Shown here: in pieces, positions 14,089 to 30,302 of the stretch
How positions within the stretch are numbered: position 1 is the first letter of the stretch
Layout of the letters: each line of letters starts with the position of its first letter
Assembly: GCA_964016885.1 (NCBI GenBank)
Contig: OZ024743.1
Location: forward strand, 215,698,001 to 215,762,000
Length of the DNA: 64,000 bases
Source of the DNA: Eledone cirrhosa
Taxonomy: Eukaryota
Direction of reading: 5' to 3'
Program-made: the position numbers and the translations under genes
The notes under the pieces: generated by a model
Told to the model about the DNA's origin: nothing
Databases searched by the model: none
Seen by the model: the letters and a program-made list of their open reading frames with translations, nothing else

Positions 14089-15732
14089 ACTGTTGAGCAG
14101 TTCAGTGATGACATTAAAATGGTGTTTGGACTAGATAAATGCGCCAAAGCAAAGTTCACCAGAGTAAAGCTGCTGAAAAGTTCAGACATTAATCTTGATC
14201 TGGGGAATGTGCTATGAGAACTTGATCAAGAGGAAACTCACAAATATCTAGGTGTTTGTGAAGGAGACGGAATCAAGTACTCGACAATGAGGGAAAGGAT
14301 AAGGAAGGAATGTTACCGTAGAGTAAGAGCAATCTTAAGAACGGAATTGAATGCAAGGAATGGAATCTATGCCATAAACACGCTTGCCATACCAGTAGTG
14401 ACCTACAGTTACAATGTCATCAACTGGTCAAGCACAGATATCTGTAGGCTCGATACAAACATTCGAAAATGCTTAACCATGCACAGAATGCATCACCCTA
14501 AGGCAGATACAGATAGAATATATCTCCCTAGGAAAGAAGGAGGACGTGGGTTAATCCAGTTAAACATTGCGTTGAGAACTGCAGCAATTGGATTATCTAC
14601 ATATCTAAGGGAATCACATGTATGGATGATCAAACTCGTTTTGAAACACGAAAGCATCAAAAGATCATACTCCATTACAAAATATGCACAAAGATACAGT
14701 AATGGACTACAAATTTCAGAAGTCACACTTACTGCTGAAATAGAAAACACAGAAAAAGCAAAGCAGGTAAAAGTAACTGCAAAGAAAGAACTGCTGCAGA
14801 AACTGGCTAAGAAATTCCAAGAAAAGCCTCTGTATGGAAAATACCCAGAAAGAGCTAACAATCCTGATGTTGACAAAACTTTAACCCATCAGTGGTTGTC
14901 ATCCTCTGGACTGAAAACGGAGACTGAAGGACTGATTATATCAGCACAAGATCAGTGTCTGCCAACAAAAAATTACCAAGCCAACATAATAAAAAAATGA
15001 ATGCAGCCCATTATGCCGGGTATGTAAAAAACAACCAGAGACCATTGACCATATAATTTCAATGTGCAGTCCTATAGCTCCAACCGAATACCTAAACAGG
15101 CATGACAGAGCTGCACAAAACATATATTGGATAATGTGTAAGCATTTTGACCTGCCCCATCAAAAGAATTGGTGGGTACATCAACCACCTCCCATACTTG
15201 AAAAAGCTCACATTTCAATCTTGTGGAAATTTAGCATCTACACAGACCGAAAAATAGATGCAAATAGACCTGATATAATACTGAAGGACTTTAAAAAGAG
15301 GGAATGCCTGCTAATTGATATGTCCGTTCCAATAGACAAGAATGTATCTATAAAAACATTTGAAAAATTGAGCAAGTATAAGGACCTGGAGATAGAAATT
15401 GGAAAAATGTGGAAATTGAGAACTAAATCAGTACCAGTGGTTGTAGGCGCTCTAGGAATGATATCTAAGGGGTCTAATGATTACTTATCGCAAATCTCAG
15501 GAAACCCGCGTATAGGAGATATACAAAAGATAGTACTAATGGCACCTGCCCATATAGTAAGGAAGATTCTGTGAATATAAGTACATCACAAGTGTAAACA
15601 CCTAAAGATGCATGTGTGTTTCTTGAACATGGCGGACGTTGTTGTCTCTTGAAGTCACTGGTTGTGACTTGGTGATAACTCGTATGAACATAAAGCAAGA
15701 TAAATGCAACTATAATATTAATAATAATAATA
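14089..15732 (+). mobile_element. Second, distinct R4/Dong-like element (5'-truncated) with (TAA)n tail
   Basis: Starts in late RT (FSDDIKMVFGLDKCAK), then DRIYLPRKEGGRGL, ETEGLIISAQDQ, RHD, RPDII..LIDMSVP, KLSKY, GALG; ends in AAT repeats. Confidence 0.88.
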
Positions 15733-15926
15733 ATTATTATTTCTACTTTAGGCACAAGGCCAACAATTACCCAGTGTATTACTGGTACTTTATTTTATCG
15801 ACCCCGTAAGGATGAAAGGCAAAATTAACCTCGGCGGGATTTGAACTCAGAATGGCAAGGGCCGTAACTCTATGCGTCAAAGCAAGGCATCCGACCCTCT
15901 ACCAATACTGCCAATCCACCGCCCTT
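15733..15926 (-). mobile_element. SINE family 1 copy, full length
   Basis: Reverse complement of 33302-33490 including the head (aagggcggtggattggcag); lies within (AAT)n. Confidence 0.9.
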
Positions 15927-15948
15927 AATAATAATAATAATAATTATA

Positions 15949-16305
15949 ATGCATCCGAAACGGTTGTGGATCGCTTCTATCTCCCTAGAGAAAATGGAAG
16001 TAGATGAATGATCCAGCTCGAGATTTCGTGCAGGATATCAACCATTGGACTGAACAGTACCTGCAAACCACATATGACAGGATGATGAAAATGGTCGCAG
16101 TTCACGAAAGGAAGTAGAGATTACATTCAGTCAAAAAGGAAAGTAGGAAATTTGCGGAAGAACTGGGATTGTAGTTTGAAATTAATAGTGGTTATTCTAC
16201 AATTTAAGCCGCAAAAAATATAAAAAAGTTATGAAAACATGAAGGCTAAAATAAACCGTGCACAAAACGGGAGCAAAAACCATTGCATGGGCTATATATT
16301 CTTCG
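15949..16305 (+). mobile_element. Degraded R4/Dong-like internal fragment
   Basis: Translates MHPK..VDRFYLPRENGSR*MIQL...TIGL...KPLHGLY, homologous to 14490-14845. Confidence 0.65.
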
Positions 16306-16324
16306 TAATCTTACCCGGCTCTTT

Positions 16325-16476
16325 ATTTTCGGATTTCAAATCCAGCCGATGTTAACTTTGCCTTTCATCCTTATGGTGTCGATAAAATAAAGTACCAACA
16401 ATGTGCTGGTGTCAATTTAATGCACTTTCCCCTCTCCTACAAATTGCTGACCCTGTGCCTGAACTAGAAGCAATTA
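16325..16476 (+). mobile_element. SINE family 1, longer-tail variant
   Basis: Core gttaactttgcctttcatccttatggtgtcgataaaataaagtacca plus tail aattgctgaccctgtgcctgaactagaagcaat. Confidence 0.8.
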
Positions 16477-17609
16477 ATATTAGTAGAATTAGTATTATTA
16501 TTTATACATTTTCGTTTGATTTTGCTTCATATGGAATCACTCTAGAATATCAAATAAAATATAGGGCAGACATCGTTGGTTTTGAGAGTCTCTAATATAT
16601 GTTTTTTCCTATTTTGTGCCGGTCTCACATTCACTTAACAAGTCACATCACAAAGGTTGATAGGTAAATAATTTCGTTTTTCATGAGAAAGAATAAAAAG
16701 TAGGAGGAGGCGGAGGAGGAGTGTATATAAAAACAAGTATTAAGGAGTATAAAATAAATGAATTATGTTTACATTAAGGATATTTAAATGATATTAAATT
16801 TTAAATAAATTTGTTCTAAAAATGGAACAGAAAATATGTTTGTTGATATATATTAATAGGATATGTATGTATGTTTTTTATCTCAAAAAATGAACTTAGC
16901 CAGAATCAAATAATTCATAAATGTAACAAAATTCATTGCCTCGAGGTGAGGCAATAACGTAATTAATCCTAATAAAACCAAACATCCATATCAATGCGGA
17001 GAAGACGCACGTAGACCCTATAACATTTCCCTCATCGTCTGACTACCTTCCATGTTCCGGCTCCCATATAAACTATCACAATATTGTCTGTAGAGCATCA
17101 AATCCTGATAATTATCAAATAATATATTTTAAAATCCTAAACGATGTCTATCACATAGACTAATAAGTATATGAAAATTAAGAAAGTCTATATTATATGT
17201 ATATGATGGCTGCAACTCGGTTTTGAGTAATGTTATCGCTTGATACTTATGCATGATCATCATGGGCGCTGCTTTTTAGTTTTTCTAGGGACTTGCCTAT
17301 GGCTAGTAACACCATGCATCGCAAATAATATCACATATCAAGCGATACCTCTGGTCGAAGCTTTTTTTACGTGGGGAAAGGCGTTTCACGAGGCCAATCC
17401 CACTCTCTAAATATCGAATATATTTGCCCAAAAAGAAGAACTTCTCTACATTATTGGATGTAAACGAAGTAGCAGGTCTTAATGAAGACTGGGAGTCTCC
17501 GGCTCAAAAATAATTAAAGAAATTATTGGATGGTCGTTGACCCGTTGACGGGTTTTGTTTTCATCCTGCAGGTTGTCCAAAATTACTTTCCTCAGCGACG
17601 ACTCGCCCA

Positions 17610-18593
17610 TGCACATATATTATAATTGGGACCAAATATCTTTATTATAATTGGCACAACACGGTGAATTCAAACCCAGCAAATTTTAAGTTTATGCCAG
17701 TTTATTGTGGAGAGTTTAAGCACTTATTTCATTTCAACATGACCGCCATTTGATTTCTTTACAAGTCCAATCTATTTATGAAATAATGCGAATGTATTTT
17801 TCATTCTACCAAACGCTAGCAAAAAATCACACGGATTTAAATCTGGCAAGCAAGAGGGACAGATATTTCTAAAGACAAACATGGACAATTCCTTCTTCGA
17901 AAATTCTTTCACCCTTTTCAAATAATGAGCGGGATTGGAGTCCTGTACAAACACGAATTACTTGCATCATAAATCTTCCTAATCCAAGGAAACAAAACTT
18001 CTTACATTTTGAGATACTGTGCTGTGTTGATTTTAAGAGCAACTTCAATATTATGAGGAGTCCTCAATTTCCCATCAATTGTTACAGCTCCTAAGACGAG
18101 TTTAGGAATTCTTTCAGCGCAAATAACTTTCGAGTGGGTAGTTGGGATGTTACGGTGTCTTCTCACGTAAGAATTCATATGGAAGTATTGTCCCACAGCA
18201 CTAGAAACAGTCATTTTAGTGATTCCTTCATCTTGAGCTAACTTCTCCATCGATTTTGACGGTTTCGGCTGAATCGATATTTTAAATCCTACTAATAAGT
18301 AGGGTGTTCGATTTCTCTGAACGTCCTGACTTTTCCTCAAATTGGCTACAACTCTAAAACAGTAGATTTTTCATGCATTGTGGCTCTATCAATCCTCCCA
18401 GCACTTTTGTCGGGGCGGAATAATTCGTCAATTACACTCTTATGGTTTAATTGTTTATTAACATTCATGATTTGTTCAATTTAAAATGCAAAATATACAA
18501 GTGATTATCCAAGCTGGTAATATTTAAACAAAATCTATACAATTAGAAATATACCCTTTTGAAACTCGTCCCACAGGCTTATCTCTCTGTGTA
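17610..18593 (-). mobile_element. Tc1/mariner (maT-like, DD37D) transposase remnant
   Basis: HTH-like KSMEKLAQDEGITKMTVS; VLGAVTIDGK..KINTAQYL; QDSNPAH...PDLNPCD with 37 residues between the 2nd and 3rd catalytic Asp. Boundaries approximate, TIRs not clear. Confidence 0.75.
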
Positions 18594-20051
18594 CAGTCAA
18601 TCGGATTTCCAGATGACCCTCGCTCAGTTGCTTAGATGCGTAGATATTCAAACACGCAGACAATCAGAAGCTTAGCCTTGCAGGCGGTCCCACACGTAGC
18701 TCCTCAGACACTCAGACACTCAAATGCGCCGACGCTAATTACTCGCTTGTCTTCAATGATTTTGACACGCATATAATGTAAAATCTATGACTCGCAATAC
18801 GGGCTAAATGCTATTTCTTTTCAACAGAGTGTGAACTCATACATCGGTCTTTAATGTTCTGATTGCAGTTGTTCCAATGTATATTAACTGTATCGATTAC
18901 ATTAGTCTTACAAGTTATGGTAAGTTCATATTCTCATCTTCTATAGATCTTTCATCAAAATGAAAAAGCATCAAATATGTGAATTGAATTGCTCGGACTA
19001 TTGCCTCTGTTCTTGATATTTGTATTTCAGTTTCTACTTAACACAAAGTAAATATGTATGCGGTAAGATTTTTTAGATTTTTAAGCTTAATTTACATTTT
19101 CTTCATTCATTCTCAGTCCCCTCTCACGCTCTACCAGTCGCTCCTTCTGCTTCTCTTAATATATATAAACATACCCATACATCCAATGACCCGACACACA
19201 TATACATGTTTATATGAAGGTCTTTGTATACACGCGCACACAGACATTTTTATATACATATGTATTTACAAATATACATACATAAATACATCCACTTCTA
19301 TGTAATTTTACGTGTGTGCTTGTATGAGCGAACATATAGCGACATTCTAATGTATATTAACCTGCTTTAACGTGTGTCTCCTGATGAATAGGTGACTTGG
19401 TAAATTGATTCCAAATCCATGTGTATTTACTAGCATGGCGACCATTGATATTACTGCAGTAATTTTGTGCAACAACTCATAAATGTAAAGCAAAATTCCT
19501 TAACCAAATAACACAACATTAGCTTAAAAGCTAAATTCTTTTGAAAGTGTCCCAGAATTGTTCGAGATCGTGGAGTTTAATGGAAATGAAACTATCCACA
19601 TGGCTATTATATTTCAGTATGGCATTAAGAACACATTAACCTACTCGCAAATGTTTAACCTCATTCGTAATTATACCATCAAATACATCCTTCGATTGTA
19701 AATGTTATCAATTTTCGTTTGATAGTTGCGTGAACGATAGAAACAAAATTACACATATTGCTGTTTGGTAGATGGACGTCTAATTACTTGTGTATGCGAC
19801 TCTCTAGTTGATTGCTTAGTATTCTGATTGGTTAGATCGATGAAGTGTTTATGTAGTTGGATTCCCAGCTAGGGTGTTTGGATGAGGTTACCGAAAAGTT
19901 ATGTAGTTTCTAAGGCAGGAATCTAATCAAGCGTATCACATTTCTTGGCGAAATTCAAAACCTATTTGCTATTATATCCTCCAAAGTGAATACGCGAACA
20001 GTAGGATATACGATTTTATATGTACTCTCCCTTTCTCTCCCTCTCTCTCTC

Positions 20052-20208
<157 letters not shown>

Positions 20209-20557
20209 TGCATACACGGAACAAAAGTGCTACGGGAGGTTTCAAGACCACATATTGATTATATCTCTAGGTTGTAGGAGGGAATAAATGCGTGACGTAA
20301 TCTCCAGGCGCTGAGACGAGTTTGAAGATGCTGCTGTATATGTAAGCGGGTTAAACGCGTGTTTACGAAAATTGGCTATAAGAAAGGGAAATATCATTTT
20401 ACTGCTTCAGTCTTAAGACAAAATGCTTTCGAAGGCAATGTACCATTCACGTTAGAAATTTCACTTCTGTAAATGATTAGTTATAATTACTACATGCATG
20501 AATATAGTGCAATTATTTTCAAATAATTATAATGTGATGAATCTGAATGTGTGTATG

Positions 20558-20611
<54 letters not shown>

Positions 20612-20615
<4 letters not shown>

Positions 20616-20842
20616 CAGTCAATCGACTTTTGTCAAATCGAACCGAGGAAACAATGTTTCCATTGGTCTTTCCAATTGCTAATACTATCTACTATCTATG
20701 GGTCGCAACTCCAGGTAGAAGGAGCTACGTGAAATAAAGTGTCTTGCTCAAGGACATAACGCATCGCCCGGTTCGGGAATCGAACTCACAATCTCACGAT
20801 TGTGAATCCAGTTCTCTAACCACTCAGCTACGCGCCTCCACA
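20612..20842 (-). mobile_element. tRNA-derived SINE (family 2)
   Basis: Minus strand: A-box tagctgagtgg, B-box gagttcgattcc, then gtccttgagcaagacacttt (typical SINE body) rather than a tRNA acceptor-stem end; embedded in (TA)n. Confidence 0.8.
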
Positions 20843-20875
20843 ATATATATATATATATGTATATGTATATATATA

Positions 20876-21113
<238 letters not shown>

Positions 21114-21115
21114 CA

Positions 21116-21169
<54 letters not shown>

Positions 21170-21773
21170 CAATATTAATTATGTTTTGATAGACGAAATT
21201 ATACATCGTTTACATTATTTTGAACAATTTAGCCACAGGTCTAATTTAGACATAATTATGTTATTATTAATTAACTACTTAAATTGAAGCATTGGTATTC
21301 GTCGTAGACCACAATTAACATCCATGCTGTTTGCAACACTAAATATTGATTTTATCAGACAAACGATTGGGAAAAAGCAACTTCGCCCCGGTAGTCACAG
21401 TACGCATAGTTTTGTATAAAGGTGATGTCAAATTACACCACTCTACAGTAGCCATTTCGACGTAACTAGTACTAACAATTTCAAAATAGAATTTGATATA
21501 TATATGAAAAGAAAAAGATGAGGAAAATGAAATGAGGATTCACATGACGACTACGTTAAATATTAGCTACAGCCATATTCTTACTCTCATTTACAGATAC
21601 ACATTTATAATTTATATATGTCTGCGTACATTCTTTCACACATACTCTCAAACACACACACGCACACAGACACACGCACTCACACTCACACATACATACA
21701 TACATACATACACACATGTATATATATATATATAAGATATGCCCTCTTAAGTAGATACATATGTATATATATA

Positions 21774-21834
<61 letters not shown>

Positions 21835-21890
21835 CGGCGATGAATTAGTTTAGCGAGGTTTTTTATATGAAATCGTGTGTCGAAACAAAT

Positions 21891-23257
<1,367 letters not shown>

Positions 23258-23799
23258 GTGTATGTATATGTCTATGAGTACATATGTCTTCATATACGTG
23301 CAATTTCCCACGATGAAATTATCTGAATTATGTTTGTATTTAATTAACTTTCAAATATCATCTTAAATGCGCTCGCATGTGTATTACCAGGATTTTCTTT
23401 ATTTCAACTCCGTTTTCATATACACATAGACATTATGTCGCAAAAAAGTATGATTCCTTCATAGTTTGGTTTCTGATTTCTTAGCTAGTTTCAATACAAA
23501 AAAAACATATCCAAGAATACATGCATTGTTCCTCAATTACTTTTCAAGCGGGAGGAGGTGAGCCCTCTACAACAAATGCACCCACCGAATCAATTATAGG
23601 AGGTATGCATGCACGGCGATTTCATATGTCCGACGCAGATATTGTCAGCAAACTAAGGTAGCAACTTCAGATATCATATGTGTAACAACCAGATATTAGC
23701 CCCCAAACCGGTAAATTAATGCGGTTGTACGCTTTAAACTGTCATTTTTGATGCTTATGACAGCCCGACAGAGGTTTAGTTGCAGCTGCATCATAAACG

Positions 23800-23858
23800 A
23801 TTTCACATGTTAGACAGTATATTTCACATGTTAGACAGTATATTTCACATGTTAGACA
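23800..23858. repeat. 21-bp tandem repeat x~3
   Basis: ATTTCACATGTTAGACAGTAT repeated. Confidence 0.9.
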
Positions 23859-24049
23859 GATACGTGTTTTGCATATGAATTGTTGAAGGGAACCAGTAGA
23901 TAGAGAGGATAAATTTTGGTGTTTGGCATATAAATATAATATCAAAACAGGTTTATGAAAAATCTCCACAGATCTCATTGAATACGTCTTTGAACCAATG
24001 ATGATGATAGTGCGAATTTTGAGTTCTTATGTATGTCTTACTTATTTCA

Positions 24050-24200
24050 GGGTCGGCTATGAATGTGACAATATGCTGCATGCATACAATTGAGGCGGAT
24101 ATGAATATAGTGTGTACGTTGACGTAAATCAGTGTGAGTGATGCCGAGATATTTTAATTGGTCTATTTCTCGAAACATACCATTGAGAATGACGAAGCAT
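24050..24200 (-). mobile_element. Old non-LTR (RTE-like) RT remnant
   Basis: ILNGMFREIDQLKYLGI...IHIRL...AAY resembles late RT 'KYLG' region; heavily decayed. Confidence 0.4.
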
Positions 24201-25516
24201 CTGAGGTACCAGCAGATTGTATTGGTACATTTTCTACTTTGATTTTCATGCCAACATGTGACATGTACACATTGAGTCATTTACGGGAAGATAGGACACG
24301 TATACAGTCACCAACGAGTACGAGCTTATCGGCATTGTCAAGGTTAGTTACACTGAAGTTCTATCCTACATCAACGCCTGAGAAGTCTTTCAACGCAAGT
24401 TTAATAATCCAGTACATACAATCATTGAAATGTGTTCGAGGATACTCACAGCCCATCCCGGACACCCGAAAGAAATTCGAGGTGAAAAACTTCCTCACCA
24501 TAACATCTACATTTACTTTATGCAGCTTTGGCCCATGGCAACCGCACAGGTGTGATTGGGCGCAGCCAAGGCGTCAAGATATATTGAGGATTCCTGAAAC
24601 GTAAACCATCTTATCTCGGAGCCTGGTTAGTTTCAATTTCTTCATAACATACCTGCATGAGAGCTAATGAATTTAGGCTGCATGCAACTAAACAGCTCGT
24701 CTATAAATCTGTAGTTGGTTTGCTGAATCTAATGCTACTCTTGTTTGAATCCTTAAGCAGATTACGGCAAATTCCCGTCTTTTATGCAACCTCAAACACG
24801 TCAGTCCATATATTCCTTGGTTTCATTGGTCGGTGCATCTTTTGAGATTTCCAACATTGAACAACAAAGAGATTTTCGCTATGGCTCGCATTTTCTCAAA
24901 GTGTGTACTCTGTATTCTGTATTATCCCCAAAGAGACTCCACTTTTAATCAACACTTAAATGAAAATACATGCATTTTTTCTAAGAGCTAACGCCCTCTT
25001 TCTTCCAGTGAAGCAAGTAGTAAAAGTGCAAGCTTGAATATTATTAGCTCGCAGAGAACGATATTTCATTGTCTGTTGGAATGTATTGCTTTGAATTCTC
25101 TAAAAACGCGGATGCCATCTATCCGTACAGGATATCTTCACAACAACCATGTTGCATCATTCTGGTGAGTTAAACTACCAGGGCTCCAACACACAATTCA
25201 GTATATTTCTGGCTAAATAACAAGCATTTAAACGCTCTTGTATGATGTGCCCGTTGCGTCTTAATCTTTACTTCATGTATTCTTATACGTGCGCCCCTCA
25301 TTAGTTTCAATACTATTTCAGGAACAAAGAATGCAGAATACTATAAACGGACTCCCCTAGATATAGGTATATGTTGTATAATTTTATATATATTAAAACA
25401 ATTTATAATATCTTTTTCTGAGAATCTTATTTGTATTCTTACGCACGCACAAACACACAAACACATGAGTACACACATGCACACACATAAACACCCACAC
25501 ACTCACACACTCGTGT

Positions 25517-25564
<48 letters not shown>

Positions 25565-25584
25565 ATGTGTGTGTGTGTGTATGT

Positions 25585-25630
<46 letters not shown>

Positions 25631-26479
25631 ATATAAATACATATGTATGTATGTATATAATAGGGTTATAGTAACGTAAGAGAGGATGGAGCGAAGAGAT
25701 ACAAAGAGGTGCGATAGAGAATACTACATGCCAATAGCTGAAGAGTAGTGTGCTCGATGCTTGGGTTACCATATTAGGGCTAAATATTACACAGAGTTAA
25801 TCTTTAGCGTAAGGGTTAAGCAGAGTTGAATAAACAAATGAATGAGTGAATGAAAGAGTTACAAGCCGTTAAATCATATATTTATATATATAGCCGTACA
25901 TGCATGATGCATACATATTTACATATGTACATGTGTGTCTGTGTGTGTATAGGTGTTCACTAACTTAGAAACGATAAAACTGTACAAGTCGGTAAATTAT
26001 CAAATATTGACACCCGCTCTTTGACAAACGTCTTAAGATGTTTTAAGTTTTAAATTGAATAGTTAGGAAAGATCGGCCTATTACGTGTAGCTAGATTAAG
26101 AGTCTAAATATCGTCGGTTTTTTTTTATTTGCTTCTTGAAATCGTGTCGCGATTCATTGCATTTCTTTCCATCCATTCATTAAATTAAAGACCATCAAAG
26201 CAGTTGACGTTCATTGAACTGACTAAATTTTTTCTCTCCTTTATAAATGCGACGCCACCATAAAACGAAACATTGTTTACAACAGAAAAACTTCTATGTT
26301 CAAGGCTTTTTAAAATGCCGTTATTGTTGTGTAAATATTTCACTGCCCGTTACACCCGTTGACCTTTGATATTGTCGCATTTATTAAGATCTTAAGTGCA
26401 AAATAAATGTTGGAAACATCAGAGAGAGGAACTACTTCACTGAAACTCATAGAGTCGATATTCCTGTAACTGATTCGGC

Positions 26480-26760
26480 GTCGACGTAGTCATCGTAGTC
26501 GTCCCAATTGTCATAGTCTTTAGGGTTATTGTAGTCGATGCATCCGCCGTAGTCATCGTCAGAGTCATCACCGTTGTTGTCGTCGTAGTCATCGCCGTAG
26601 TCAAAACCGTTGTCGTCACTGTAGTCGTAACCATTACTATTGCTCTAATCATCACCGTCATTGTAGACGACACATTCGTCGTAGTCACGGTCATAGTTGT
26701 TACTGTGGCCACCGCCAAAATCGTTGCCTTAGTCGTCACTTTTGTTGTAATCATCGCGTC
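26480..26760. repeat. Degenerate trinucleotide low-complexity tract
   Basis: gtc/gta/atc/gtt triplets giving a Thr-rich pseudo-ORF. Confidence 0.75.
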
Positions 26761-26946
26761 ATTTTAGCCACCGCATTCGTCTTTGACAGTTGTATTCCTC
26801 AACGACACCAACCTTGTTCTTGTTTCGACCCAAGTTAACCCATATCAAAAACTTTGCAATTTCATCAATTTACTGTGTCAATCAACACACATATATATAA
26901 AGGGCTAGATTATGCACTATACCTTTCCACTTTAGATATGGTAAAA

Positions 26947-27093
26947 ATAATTGTTTCTACTTTAGGCAGAAGGCCAGCAATTACCCAGTGCATTACTGGT
27001 ACTTTATTTTATCGACCCCGTAAGGATGAAAGGCAAAGTCAACCTCGGCGGGATTTGAACTCAGATCGTAAAGGTACGTAACTATGCTGGAAA
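26947..27093 (-). mobile_element. SINE family 1 copy (5'-truncated)
   Basis: Family match; perfect 18-bp TSD AGATATGGTAAAAATAAT at 26934-26951 and 27093-27110. Confidence 0.9.
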
Positions 27094-28964
27094 GATATGG
27101 TAAAAATAATGACAGATTCCTGCTCTGTCTATGTGATATATGTGCGCGTAAAAATATTTCGCTTTATTCGTCTATTAACTTTGTAATACTCTAGCCGACA
27201 TATGAAAGTTATCAATTTTCATGTGAAAAAAAAAATGTAAATGTGTAAAATATGAATATCCTAATACTATAGAAAATATGCACATTGTTTTGGCGAATAT
27301 TTTATTTGGTTATATGAGATATAAGGAAGAAGTTTCTCTGTAAAACATTCTGTTAATCCTCTTGACAGTGACGGATTCAGGATATTGAGGCTCTGTGCTA
27401 GTTTCTTGGGTTTCTGTGCTAGTTTCTTGGGAGGTAAACAATGTTTTTCGCTGGAAGATGTGTCCCCTTGGCCATCGGGGCCCTGTGCTTATATATAGAT
27501 ATTGAAGACCGATTTCATATCGTTTGGGGAAGAAAAACACACTGGTATCGTTACAAAATCGGAGTAACAGCACAAACACGAATGTTTGGGAGTGAGCGAC
27601 TGTAATATTTGTGAATAATAGACAATAATGTATGTATCCAGTGAAATAGAGTTTTTCTAGAAAGTAGTACTGTCTTTAAGGCAATACATTTTCTTGACAG
27701 ACCAACAATATTAAGAAGATTTACTATATACTGTCATGTTATTGCTACAGAATTACTTCTGGGAAATGAGGCACAATATCTGCAGTAAAACATGTATCAC
27801 AAATACGAGGGGATGTACACCAAAAACTAACGGTAAGAATGCATATTTCAAAATTTATTGAATCATCAGTAATAACGGTTTTTCATTTATATATTTATTA
27901 GTCCTTCGTATATTGATATATAAAACTTAAATAAACATTTGATAAAGTTGTGAAGATAATCGTAAGCTTTTGAAAAGTTCAGGTATAAAATGTGTTGACG
28001 TGAACATAAAACACAGGAACGCCCTTTATCATAGATTCATTAAAAAATATAAAAGTATGTAAAATTAAATAAATTGAAAAATATAAGAAACAAAAGAAGT
28101 TCTATCAGAAAATAAAACGCTTCTTTTATTTTTGAATTTCACTGGTTAATTTATTTTCATGCATATGCTAAAAATAAAACTCAAACCATCTCTTTGTTAA
28201 TTTATTTTTCTTTAACTTGTTAGTTAATTAGCAAAATTATGTAGAAAGAAGTTGCGAATAATAAACTTTGATTACAAATGTTGCAGAATTCGAACAATAA
28301 ATAAATGTCAAAAATGAAGACTCTCTTTTTCTCCCCCACCACTCACGCACTCATTCACACAGACACACACGCACACATACGCGCGTGGGTATATATATGT
28401 GGGTGTATATATATATATGTGTGTGTATGTACATATATGTGTATGTATGTGTGTATATGTCTGTAGAGAGAGAAAGAGAAAGTGAGCGAGAAGGGGGAGT
28501 GAGAAAGGAAATATTGATAGTATGATATCGTAATGAATGTGAAATTCTGATGAGCAAACACAGAGTTTGTGAAAAATAAACGAAGTGCTGAGATCTTAAC
28601 GATGTTGAGAAAATTACATATTTGCCGTTACCTAGTTTGTTGCAACTATCCACAGTATTTTACATTTCTAACAAAACTGCAGTTCACTTCATTATAGAAT
28701 AATACAAAAAAAACGCATACTACTTCTTACACACACAAACAGTCTCTCACAAGGATGCACAGTGTTATGCTCACACAACACACTGGCAGACACACCTATA
28801 TGCAAATTCCTGTATGTACACACGCAGAAAAACTCATAAACTCGCACCATAAATATATATGATTGTATAATTTCATCTGTTGATATTCGTCAGCAAATGT
28901 GAATACATACATGTATGCGTATGATTTGTGGGGGTGGGGGAGATGCATGTGTGTATATATGTAA

Positions 28965-29018
<54 letters not shown>

Positions 29019-29022
29019 CATG

Positions 29023-29065
<43 letters not shown>

Positions 29066-29084
29066 CAATATATGTATATACAAG

Positions 29085-29118
<34 letters not shown>

Positions 29119-29494
29119 GGTGGGTGTTTGTGTGTGTGTATGTATGCATGCATGCATGTATGTAGGTTTCTTTGTATTTATATATGGTGCATGTATGCAT
29201 CTATATTATTGTAAATACTGGCATGATGTACCGGTTAAGAATGTTGACACAGAAACAATGTTCTGGTATCAATGCAACTACATGGGTTATGTATGACGTT
29301 TCTGTGACCACAGTGGTAGCCCATCGAATGGATTGTAACTGAAATTCAATGATCCCGGCTTGTCAAATTACACATCACGCTGTTCCGCATTGAGGAATTA
29401 ATTAAGGGCACACTTGACTGTGGGACGCGCAGACATTCGCACATTTATAGAAGTGTAGTATTTCAGGTAATTTATCGAAACTAATGCAATGCAC

Positions 29495-30249
29495 GGTGAC
29501 ATCTGTTTAGTGGTCAATGTAAATGGCCAGCGTTCGGAAGTGTTTCAGGTCAATTGATCAGTTATTGCGTATGTCCTCCCTCCTCTCATCTGTACTATTG
29601 ACCGTCGACCTTTACTGCGGAAGCTGTATCTGTTGTAGGGCATCCTGCTTGAACTGAGACGCGGAAAGTATGTATCCGCATATGCGGAGGAATTCACTAC
29701 GATGGTGGCGAACATCTAGGAAATCGAGGTGGATGGCACCTACTTGTAGGAAGTTTTCCTTTGTTTAGTGGCTAAATAGGTTGAGTGCTGGACCAAGTTG
29801 AAAGGACTGAAGACAGTAACTTTTCTCTTCGGCCAATCTCTCATCAGCCTTTCAAGTCTCATTTGGAAAGGAAGGTGAGGGTTAAGAGAGAAGTTCTACA
29901 TTTGTTAAAAGTTGGGTGAATGTGTCAAAAATGGCCCATATAAATGGGCCTAAACTGAGCATGCGCCTGTAGGCTTGTTAATTTGTGGAGAAAGGGGTTG
30001 TCTCCCCGAGTGCTCTCGAAGGGTCGGGGAGTTCAGGATTGGTTGGGATATCTGAGTCACCCCTGGGTGGTTATCCCCCCTTTGGGCAACTTATTTTCTT
30101 TTATTATTATTGTTAATTGTGTTTGTTATTGTGTCATTTTATTCGATTTTATTCTAAGACCCACTGTCCCTGTTATTGTATTGTCTCCTAAATGTCGGCC
30201 CTTGTGGCGAATAAATGAAACTATTATCTTCTTTATGTTGTTACATGTT

Positions 30250-30250
<1 letters not shown>
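29495..30250 (+). mobile_element. Tx1-like fragment, internally deleted
   Basis: VVNVNGQRSE..PLLRKL..VSAYAEE joins directly to VFLCLVA..WTKLKGLKT..FG.SLI, both homologous to ORF2 at 5006-6560; AATAAA at ~30210; followed by (GTA)n. Confidence 0.75.

Positions 30251-30302
<52 letters not shown>

Noticed and set aside
20765-20842. Possible tRNA gene
   Set aside because: A and B boxes are present but the cloverleaf is poor and it runs into a SINE body.
23800-23858. CRISPR-like repeats (also 27392-27430 and 50479-50511)
   Set aside because: Head-to-tail tandem duplications without spacers, in eukaryotic DNA with no cas genes.
26437-26754. Thr-rich mucin-like ORF
   Set aside because: Degenerate trinucleotide repeat with no splice or homology support.
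27803-27840. TACGAGGGG mariner-like TIR start
   Set aside because: No partner TIR or transposase found.
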